From the NCBI GenBank assembly GCA_051453625.1, contig JBOZIK010000001.1:35519860-35583859 (forward strand): a DNA stretch of 64,000 nt. The letters run 5' to 3'. Source of the DNA: Welwitschia mirabilis. Taxonomy: Eukaryota. The translations under genes and the position numbers were made by a program. Below the pieces are notes generated by a model, which had not been told where the DNA came from, ran no database searches, and saw only the letters and a program-made list of their open reading frames with translations. Positions 51,700-61,799 of the stretch are shown here, one piece after another. Every line of letters begins with the position of its first letter. Position 1 is the stretch's first letter.

Positions 51700-52137
51700 A
51701 CACTCTTCCCAGTCCCTAGGTTTGTGGATAGCTTTAGTACCAACCAATCATTCTCATTTAACTGTGAATCATCCCTTGTAGTTTTCTTTGGAGAGATGCT
51801 CATTGATTTTATCCCTATAGTAGGGGATGCATCACTGGCTGATGCTCCTACCTTTAAGAAAGCTCCTGGGGATGCATCCACTAATGTTGATTCTACTTTC
51901 ATTGGAAAGGTTTATGTAGATAAGTTTGGTTACATTCTTGCTGATATTTTGGATAAAAATAATATAAATAATAAAGGCATGGATTTTGATACTAGTGTTT
52001 AAACTACACTAGCATTTGTTACATTAAGATCTGATGGTGAGCAAGAATTCATGTTCTATAGAAATCAAAGTGTAGACATGCTACTTATAGAGTTGGAACT
52101 TGAAGTTAATCTCTTAAAAATGGCTAAAATTTTACAT
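51700..52137 (+). pseudogene. FRK: Fructokinase processed fragment, copy B1 (cut by gap)
   Basis: [69 protein letters not shown]. Confidence 0.92.
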
Positions 52138-52504
52138 NNNNNNNNNNNNNNNNNNNNNNNNNNNNNNNNNNNNNNNNNNNNNNNNNNNNNNNNNNNNNNN
52201 NNNNNNNNNNNNNNNNNNNNNNNNNNNNNNNNNNNNNGATATGTGTTTTTTTTTTTTTAAGTCCTAGTTGTTCCATCCCCTGATGTATTCCCATTTTTTA
52301 TTATTGTTCTCTCCTCAAGTAATGGTTGGGATGTAAGGATTGCTTTCTTATTATGGTAATTTTATTACTAAAATCAAAGCTTATTAGCCTTGGTATGTAG
52401 CTAATCTGAAAAACTTGACAAAATGATGTTATATCTATCGACATTTTCTCTTAGACCGACCTTCAAATGCTTCAACTTGTTATCCTTTTATTTACACTCT
52501 TCTA

Positions 52505-53264
52505 AGTCCCTAGGTTCATGGATAGCTTTAGTACTAATCAATCATTCTCATTTAACTTGAATCATCCCTTGGAGTTTTCTTTGGAGAGATGCTCATTGAT
52601 TTTATCCCTACAGTAGGGGATGCATCACTGGCTGATGCTTCTACCTTTAAAAAATCTCTTGGAGATGCATCCACTAATGCTGTAGTTACAATTACAAGGT
52701 TAAATGGTGATTCTACTTTTATTAGAAAGGTTTTGGTTACATGCTTGCTGATATTTTAGATAAAAATAATATAAATAATAAAGGCATGCATTTTGATGCT
52801 GGTGCTCGAACTACACTAGCATTTGTTACATTAAGATCTGATGGTGAGTATTAATTCATGTTCTATAGAAATCCAAGTGTAGACATGCTACTTACAGAGT
52901 TGGAACTTGAAGTTGATCTCTTAAAAAAGGCCAAAATTTTACATTATGAGTCTATTAGCTTGATTACTAAACCTGGGAAATCTACATAATTAGTAATAAT
53001 GAAAATGACAAAGGATGCTGGGGTTCTTCTTTAATATGATCCTAATTTAAGGCTACCACTATGGCTATTAGTTGAGATAATCCATACAATTATTATAAGC
53101 ATATGAGATAAATTAAACAACATAAGGAAAAATGAAAACGAGATCACATTTTAACTAAAGATGAAGACCCTTATGATGATGCTATTATGTGTAAATGTTT
53201 CCATTCCAATCTCAAGTTACTTCTTATGACAAAAGGCCAAGATGGATGTAGGTATTATACAAAG
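52505..53264 (+). pseudogene. FRK: Fructokinase processed fragment, copy B2
   Basis: Same motifs through [55 protein letters not shown], ending GCRYYTK. Confidence 0.92.
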
Positions 53265-53389
53265 AAGCGCTTTAGTTATTGATGGAATACCACTTGCAAT
53301 GTCAGTATATGTTGAAATTTTATGAAGGTAATTGTAGTAGCTATTTTCTATCCTCATATTTTAGTAGATTATTGTAGTAATAGTAAGGG

Positions 53390-53757
53390 GAAGATGATGC
53401 TTATTTCTTTTTGCTTTGATTTGTTTTTTAGAGATCTTATGTAGTATAAGAAGCCTTCATTTTGACCATGTGATAAATCTTAAATTTGAAGATCATCATT
53501 TTGATACTAGTGTATCTTTGGATGACTCTCACAAAATTACTATTAGAGTTATGTCTCCCTATGGAAATAGTATGCACTTTGTAAACTTAGTGAAAACAGG
53601 TTATTTCTCTTTTATAACTTATGAAGCAGGTAATTACATGACATGCTTTTGGATGTATCATGCTCATTCTATAGTCATTTTTACCATTGATTTTGAGTCG
53701 AAGAATGAATTTCTTGCTAAATAGTAAATAAGAATTACCAAAAGGGAGGAAATTGAT
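53390..53757 (+). pseudogene. p24/emp24/GOLD-family (p24delta-like) N-terminal fragment
   Basis: SLHFD...SHKITIRVMSPYGNSMHF...KTGYFSFITYEAGNYMTCFW...TIDFE resembles the plant p24delta GOLD domain (HKI.V.VTSP.GN..H.....GQFAF...EAG.YMACF...IDF.W). Internal deletion after SLHFD. Confidence 0.8.
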
Positions 53758-53804
53758 AGCCTGATTTATTCTTCTATTCTTCTGCTCTTCCTTTGATGTG
53801 CGCT

Positions 53805-56800
53805 TTTAGATCTACAAGGTATTGGGGTTAAAATTGATGATGAGTATTAAGCCATTATTTTCTTGCGTTCTCTACTGAATTCCTATGAGAATTTTATTGA
53901 TAACATGTTGTACAATAGAGATAGTATATCTATTAGTGATGTGAAGGATGCTATGTAGTCTAAGGAATTAAAGAGAAGAGTCTCTAACCCTAAAGAAGAC
54001 ATTGCAAAAGTAGGTCTATTTGTTAGTAGAGGGAGGAACAATAAAAGAGATGGTGGAAGAAGAGGTAAGTTACATTCCAAATTGAGGGCTAAATCACTTC
54101 GATGTTTTCACTATAAAGAGAAAGGGTACATAAGGAAGAATTATCCACAGTGGAAGAAGGAAAACAACAGAAAGGAATTAAATAGTAATAATAGTGCTGT
54201 AATAGTATAGGAAAGCTCTAATGAAGTAGAGAGAAGTGATGTTCTGATTTTGCAAATACTTGGGTTTTGGACACTGGTGCATCGTATTACAAGACTTTTA
54301 CACACAATTCATTTACTTCCTTCAAGTAGTGAAATGGCAGTGTAATGTTGGGTGATGATGGAGAGCTTAGTATCAAGGGCAATGATTTTATGCATATTGA
54401 GATGCATAATTGAATAATCAGAACATTTGATGCATGGTATGTTTCTAATCTACAGAAGAATTTGATATCCCTAGGTATCTTAGACAAACAAGGATACAAG
54501 TGCTCTTGTGCAAATGGATAGCTGAAGGTTTCAAAGAATGCTATGATAGTAATGAAGGGTAAATTACAACATGAGATTTACATCTTAATAGATAATGTAG
54601 TGATGAGAATAGTGGAATAATGTGGTAACAAAATGATTGTATAGAATTATGGCATTACAGATTGGATCACATGAGTGATAAAGGAATGACAATATTAAGA
54701 AAACAAGGATTATTAGATTGAGCAGAAACTAGAAAGTTCAAATTCAATGAAGCTTGTATTATGAAAAATCAATGCATAGTTAAATTTAGTTTTGGTAGAC
54801 ATACCACTAAGGATATCCTTGAGTATGCTCATTTAGATTTATGGGATCCTTCTCCAATTGAGTCTCATGGCAGATGTAGGTACTTTATTACTTTCATTGA
54901 TGACTACTCCAGAAAGGTTTAGTTGTATTTTATAAAATCCAAGGATGAGGTGTTTGGGTAGTTCAAGGAGTGGAAGATTATGGTTGAAAAATAGACTAAA
55001 AAACAAATCAAGACACTCAGAATAGATAACAGGTTGAAATTCTATAATGCACTATTTGATGAGTTCTGTAAGAAATAAGGTATAGTGAGAAACCACACTG
55101 TATGGCATACACCATAGCAAAATGGAGTTATAGAATACATGAACCAAACACTCATGCAGCATGCTCGATGCATGTAACTAAATGCTAGCTTGTTAAAGCA
55201 ATTTTGGGTTGAAGCAGTTAACACTGCTTATTATCTGGTCTCCATCAACTGCAATTGATTTTGGCCTATCTATATAAGGGGTATGGTCTAGTCAAATTCT
55301 AATTATTTTAGCCTACCTATATTTAGTTATGCTACTTATGCTCATGTTAATTATGGTAAATTGGAGTTGAGGGTAATGAAATGCATACTTGTAGGATATG
55401 CAAATAGAGTTAAAGGGTATAGAATATGATGTAGTGAAAATAATAAAACTCCAAAATTTATCATTAGTAGAGGTATTACTTTTGATGAATCTACTATGTT
55501 TGGTCAGAAAGAGGAGCTGAGTCATCATGTAGACAATAAAGATCAAAGTGCTAGCTAGAAGGTGGATCTTAAAATTAAAGTTCTAAAGAGGATTACAAAA
55601 AATCCTGTATAATAGCCTAGGAAAGAGGAAGAAGAATAACAGAGTATAGCAGCAAGATCAAGGAGGGGAATTAAAAGACCTGTAAGGTATGCAGATTATG
55701 TTAGTATTGTTGATATTAACTCTATTGCATATGCCTTACTAGTGGAATAAAATATTGATTTTGATGAATCGAGATCTTACAAGGAGAAAATTGAAAGTAG
55801 AGAAGCATCTGAATGATTGATTGTAATAAATGAAGAATTAAGCCTCTTACAAAGAATAAAACCTAGGATTTAGTACCTCTACCAAAGGCTATGAAACCAG
55901 TATGATGCAAATGGATGTTTAAGAAGAAAGAAGGCATTCCTTGAGTTAAAGCACTTAGATTTAAGGCAAGTCTTATGGAAAAGGGTTTTTCATAGAAGGA
56001 AGGAATTTATTACCATAAGCTATTCTCATCAGTTGTAAAGCATAAAACTATTCAAGTTCTTCTAGCCATGATAAGTGCATTAGACTTGAAGTTGAAATAA
56101 CTTGATATTAAAACTACATTCTTACATGATAACCTAAATGAGTAGATTTACATGTCATCCTTGATTTTGAAAAGGAAGATCATGTATGTTTGCTAAAGAA
56201 ATACTTGTATGGTTTGAAGCAGTCTCCAAGGTAGTGGTATAAGAGGTTTGATGCATTTATGATTTCTTATGGTTTTATGTGCAATCAATCTAATAATTGT
56301 ATCTACTTTAAGAGACCTTTAGATGATTCCTATATATATTTGTTGCTATATGTGGATGACATGTTTATCGTAGCTAAGAACAAGGCTGAAATCAAAAATT
56401 TAAAGACGTTATTAAAAGGTGAGTTTGAAATGAAGGATTTGAATGCATCTAAGAAGATTTTGGGCATAGAAATTTCGAGAGATAGAAGTGTAGGTCTACT
56501 ATATATATTTCAATAGAAGTACATTAAAAAGTTATTGCAATCTTTCTAGATGTTTAATCTAAGATAGTTACTACTTCATTGGTAGCACACTTTAAACTTG
56601 ATGCTTGTGCGATACCTAATACAGTTGAGAAGAAGGATTACATGAGTACAATTCCTTACTCCAGTGTTATTGGAAGTATGATGTATGCCATGATATGTAC
56701 TAGGCTTTATTTAGCTCATGTAATCAGTGTGGTAAGCAGGTTTATGAGTAATCTAGGAAAATCTTACTAGGAAGTAGTTAAATGGATTATGCGGTATTTG

Positions 56801-57704
56801 AAAGATACGAGAAATATCTACTTGGCTTATGGTGATAATAAATCTATTGGTAATTTGATTAACTATATAGATTCTGACTATGCCAGAGATCTTGAAAGGG
56901 AAGATCCTTAACATGCTATATCTTCACCCTATATGGATGTGTCATTAGCTAGATGGAAACACTTTAATCTATAGTTTTTTCATCTATCATAAAAGCTGAA
57001 TACATGTAATTAACAAAAGGGGTTAAAGAAGGTATATGGTTGTATGGTCTTATTAATAGCTTAGGATTGAATGTTCAGAGATCTATCATCTATTATGGTA
57101 GTTAGAGTGCATTAGACATGACCAAGAATCAAGTCTATCATGAGAGATTAAAACATATTGATGTCAACCTAAATTTCATTAGAGATGTTATAGAGGATAA
57201 TAGGTTATTCATTAATAAGACAGCCATAGCAGAGAATCTAGTAGATATGTTGACAAAGCCATTACCTATAGAGAAGTTCAAGTATAGCTTGAACTTGGTG
57301 AATGTTCACATAGCATGAGGCCCTAAGGGGCATGAATGGTAGGGGTGAAATTTCTCTTAGTTTCTAGTGATTTGAGACAATTCAAGTTAAGGTGGAGAAT
57401 TGTTAAGAACCTTGAATTTTAGTGAATTGTTATATGTATTTTCTTTTGATGAATGGTTCGAATCATTAAATGTATTTTATTTTGATGAACAATTCAAATA
57501 ATTATATGTATTTTTTTCTAGAGTGACCCAAACCGGTTAGTTTATATATATGGTTCTAGGATTCATCATCTTGCAATAATTATTTTACTTGAGGAATAAG
57601 AAATCTCTCTTCCTACCCATGGACATAGGTCACATTGACTAAACCACATAAATCCTATGTATTCTCATTTATCTTCCATTTATATCTCCTTTTTTCTCAT
57701 AAGA
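53805..57704 (+). mobile_element. 5'-truncated Tork/Tnt1-like Ty1/copia (partial gag, PR, INT, RT, RNase H, PPT, one LTR)
   Basis: LQGIGVKIDDE (gag), WVLDTGASY (protease), DLW.PS..ESHG.CRYFITFIDDYSRKV (INT), LYGLKQSPR and LLLYVDDM (RT), KHIDV...DMLTKPL (RNaseH, stop 57318). PPT aaggtggagaat to 57400. LTR 57401-57704 with a deaminated cccgtggacgtagg...aaccacgtaaa motif. Confidence 0.92.
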
Positions 57705-57706
57705 AG

Positions 57707-57935
57707 TGGTATCAGAGCTAAGGTTATTGGCAGGTCTTAGGTTCAAGTCTTCCTAGTAGATTTTGGTTCATGTGAGTACTTGGCATGTGAATCGAGAGGG
57801 GAGATTATTATATATGTGATTTCCATGCCCAGCCTGACAAGTGAGTAAATGTAATGGATTCCAGTTTATCAGATTCCACTAATAGTCATGGCTTTTGATG
57901 TGATGGTAAAGGGTCCAATACCTATGTCTATGATA
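57707..57935 (+). mobile_element. PBS-Met, ~90-bp internal region, PPT and short LTR-like sequence (TRIM-like)
   Basis: Perfect TGGTATCAGAGC at 57707-57718 and GAGAGGGGAGA at 57794-57804. The following sequence is unlike the upstream copia LTR. Confidence 0.6.
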
Positions 57936-58274
57936 AACATGAATTTCTCTAGTGGAGTGCCCATTTCCATTTCCATGAAGTAAGGCATAATTCCAAGTGA
58001 CACTGCAGATATGAAAAGATTTGAAGAGACTACCAAATAGTGCTTTCTCTCATGATTCCTTTTGTCGATGGATGCATGACATGCTGCATCATGTACAAAG
58101 GGATCATAGATTTATTCCTTATGGGAATTGAAATAGAGGATGAACGGACTATTTGTAGAGTGATAGTAGATTAGCATCGTTAATTTTATTTTTAGTTTTA
58201 CTATTTTATGTTAATAAGACAATGGTCTCAAAGAAGTCCAAGCATCAAGAGATAATGAAAATCGATATACATCT

Positions 58275-58712
58275 CGTCTCCATTGAAAGTGCTCTTGTTT
58301 TTTTTTATTTGATCACAATGATCACATACTTCAATGATTTGTTATTAAGACATATATATGGATGCTATATTAGCCTTATCTTATCAAGGGTAGTATCAGA
58401 ATGCAGTGGAGCTAGTCTGTACTTATACATCATGGGAGTTCTTAGATGAAAGTGTCAGTTAACAAAGCTTGCTGATAACTCAATGTGATAATTTATGTAC
58501 AAATATTAGTAAGATAAAGAAATGGGGTTCTATGGTTATTTTGAATTCTCTTAATTTTCTTCTAATTGTAGTTGATGCAGCTCCAAAGGAAACAACACAT
58601 GCAATGCATTCATTTATTAATAATTCTATTTCGAATGAGTATGACAGTTTCTTGGGGTTTGGTAAAATGCTCCATTTGAATTTAGTAGGAATTAACAATC
58701 TAATGGAGTAGA
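58275..58712 (+). pseudogene. ACC: Homomeric acetyl-CoA carboxylase central-domain fragment, copy B (longer)
   Basis: IESALV.LFDHNDHILQ*FVIKTYIWMLY*PYLIKGSIRMQWS*S.L..SWEFLDE...KKWGSMVILNSLNFL...GKMLHLNLVGINNLM versus plant ACC1 VEDALVGLFDHSDHTLQRRVVETYIRRLYQPY..K.SVRMQWHRSGL.ASWEFLEE...KWGAMVIIKSLQFL...GNMMHIAIVGINNQM. Confidence 0.88.
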
Positions 58713-58730
58713 AACAAATAAGATATTGAC

Positions 58731-59718
58731 ATGGATAGGAAGAGACACAAGCTTAGATGGCACAGAAATAAAACATGAATTTTTCTCGTTTTACTTACTC
58801 TTTAGTATGATGCTCAACTGTTGCTTTTCAAATGCTTTACTAGAAATGAAGTCAGTGTAACATCTTCTGTACTTACTTGTAAATGTGCAAAGGTTATTTT
58901 TTCTTTAATATTAATTTGACAAGATGGAAGATTAGCAAAAATTAGGAAAGAATGGATACTTTTGGGTTCATTAGTAATTTTAGAACTTTTGACTACTATT
59001 TATGCTTTGTAGAATAGCATGTTACAACTTTCTTATCGAAATCTTGACTTTCTTATCTTCATAATAATTAACCAGACAAAGTTACTTTTCATCACTTTTT
59101 TTATGTAATTCATTTTATGGCATAAGTAGTTACTACAACAAATTGAGGCTCTATTTCTATTTATTGTAATGACTTTACTTCTCAGTATAGGAGAGGAAAC
59201 TAGTCATGGTTCTAAAGACATTGATCGTGAGTGAGAAATTTATTTTTGATGTCATAATTATGATTATTAATTCTATATTATCTAGAATTACATCCTTACT
59301 TTACCAATGGGTATCACAGGTTAAGAAAAGAAGCTTATAGTTAATGACCATTGTGATGTCTGTAGTTAAATGTTTGTATATGTTGGTAATCATACTGAAA
59401 TTACCTAATGGCAAAGCTATAAGAGAGAAAGTTCTCCTTTTTTCCCCTCTTTTTTGTGCTAGTTGGACACTTGCAACTCTTATCCCTATTTTTATGAATG
59501 AAATTGAAGGGATTTTAGTTGTAATTATTACTATGTATTCTAGTGGTATATGGAAGGGATTTGTTATTGTATCTCCTCTAATTGTGATAGCCTTCTTATA
59601 GTTTATATTTGATGGTATACCTTCTTTTATGTGCATACTGATGGCCTTACCTCTTATTATTACCAACATCATTATTTACCAAAAGTACCCCTATAAAGAA
59701 AAAGAAAATAAATTATAA
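58731..59718 (+). pseudogene. ROCK1: Full-length intron-less ROCK1-type nucleotide-sugar transporter copy B1
   Basis: Collinear with 22659-23652. ORF 59344-59601 has MT..MSVV...NGKAIR...WTLATLIPI..N...GILV..T....G.WKGFVIVSPLIV.A.L. Ends YQKYPYKEKENKL-stop. Confidence 0.88.
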
Positions 59719-60687
59719 GACATATCACTTTACTAGCTTACAACACTAGAATGTGTTGGTTCTACTTTCTCCTTTACTTTTTAATGTATCACAAAATTTT
59801 ATTTAATATCCTAGTTTTCTTTTTAAAAAAATTAAATAAGAGGATAAATAAAAGGGAGAAAGGCTAATGAAGTAAAAGGATGATGCATAAAAAGTGGAAA
59901 TGTAGAATTTATATATTATAGTTATTCCCCTTTTGATGTAAAGAAAAATATGAGCTTGACATCAAAAATATAAGAAAAAGGAATAAATGTCTTAATGAAG
60001 GTTTACATATGCAAGTCATTTTACTATAATGATGAGGATCCAAAATAATGAAAAGTGACTCAATTAAATGGTAAAGACATAATATGAATAAGCTTTAGAC
60101 ATGCATATGAGATAATTAAAAAAATGTATCATGGATGATGATGAAAGATGATAAAAGAATAGGTTCAATTGTATGAAACAGAAATGAGTTGAAATAACTA
60201 TATGGTAAAAAGGAGTTGGGTATAAAAAATGGATAAGTTAACTAAGAAGTGAAATTATCCTTAGATAAGTTTGTAAGTAAATGCAAAAAATGACTTTAAA
60301 ATAAGTAATTTTAAATATTAATAAAGATTAGGTAAAAATAGACAAACAAAGGCATGAAGAAGATTGATTACAATGTCTCTAAATACTAACCTAGCAATGT
60401 ATATTGGTATAAGTCATAAAACTATTTAATACCATTAATAATGGTTTAATGCTAAATAACACAGAGTTTCATGTAATTAGTACAATGATTATAAGAATGT
60501 TTATGGTCATTTTGCAAAGTATTAATATAATATTAGGATTATAACTCAATCCAATCATTGATTGTAATGGTAAATGACATCTTACTAACTTATCATTCAA
60601 TAATCAATATATTCTGAATTCTTACAAAATCATAGCTTTGGAGTTATGGAAAATCAAGTAAATGGAATTTTTAAAAGACATCATCTA

Positions 60688-60843
60688 TCATGATGTGAGG
60701 AGTGTAACCACTGTCAAAAGCATAAGGATCCATAAGCCAAATCCAGATCATAACCAACTAATACTTTGGTGGAGTTCCCATGGCTACCATATCACACTAC
60801 CAAAGGTGCCTCTTGGGAATATTTACCCTAGTGTGCTTGCAGT
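60688..60843 (-). other. Conserved post-integrase motif, copy 6 (cut by gap)
   Basis: gtggagttcccatggctaccatatcacactaccaaaggtgcctcttgggaatatttaccctagtgtgcttgcagt. Confidence 0.65.
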
Positions 60844-60943
60844 NNNNNNNNNNNNNNNNNNNNNNNNNNNNNNNNNNNNNNNNNNNNNNNNNNNNNNNNN
60901 NNNNNNNNNNNNNNNNNNNNNNNNNNNNNNNNNNNNNNNNNNN

Positions 60944-61702
60944 TAGGAAAGAATGGATACTTTTGGGTTCATTAGTGATTTTAGAACTTCCAACTACTAT
61001 TTATGTTATAGCTTTCTTATTGAAATCTTAACTCTCTTATCTTCACAATGATTAATCAGATAAAGTTACTTTTCATCACTCTTTTCATGCACTTCATTTT
61101 ATGGTAAAATTAGTTACCACAACAAATTGAGACTCTATTTCTATTCATTATAGCGGCTTTACTTCTCAGTATAGGAGAGGAAACTAGTTATGGTTCTAAA
61201 GACATTAATTGTGAATGTGAAATTCATTTTTGATGTTATACTTATGATTATTGATTCTATATTATCTGGAATTTCATCCTTACTTTGCCAATGGGCATCA
61301 CAAGTTAAGAAAAGAAGCTTATAGTTAATGACCATTATGATGTCTGTAGTTAAATGTTTGTATATGTTGGTAATCATACTTAAATTACCTAATGGCAAAG
61401 CTATAAGAGAGAAAGTTTTTCTTTTTTCCCCTCCTTTTTATGCTAGTTGGACACTTGCAACTCTTATCCCTATTTTTACGAATGCAATTGAAGGAATTTT
61501 AGTTGGAATTATTACTACGTTATCTAGTGGTATATGGAAGGGTTTTGTTATTGTATCTCCTCTGATTGTGATAGCCTTCTTATAGTTTATATTTGATGGT
61601 ATACCTCCTTTTATGTACACACTGATGGCCTTACCTCTCATTATCACCAACATCATTATTTATCAAAAGTACCCCTATAAAGAAAAAGAAAAGAAATTAT
61701 AA
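60944..61702 (+). pseudogene. ROCK1: ROCK1-type transporter copy B2 (5' part lost in gap)
   Basis: KEWILLGSL through LCQWASQVKKRS to YQKYPYKEKEKKL-stop. Confidence 0.88.
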
Positions 61703-61799
61703 GAGATATCACTTTACTGGCTTGCTACATTAGAATGTATTGGTTATACTTTCTCCTTTACTTTTCAATGTATCACAAAATTTCATTTGATATCCTAGT

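Noticed and set aside
59301-59672. 123-aa minus-strand ORF (also 61159-61656, 58480-58698, 51678-51902)
   Set aside because: Antisense shadows of the ROCK1, ACC and FRK pseudogenes.
51190-59815. Helitron-like termini around the cassette (A|TC near 51192, CTAG|T near 59811 and 61795)
   Set aside because: No GC-rich subterminal hairpin, CTAG is very common here because of deamination, the flanks do not rejoin into the 38.5-kb homologue, and Helitron capture normally keeps introns. Kept only as a weak alternative.
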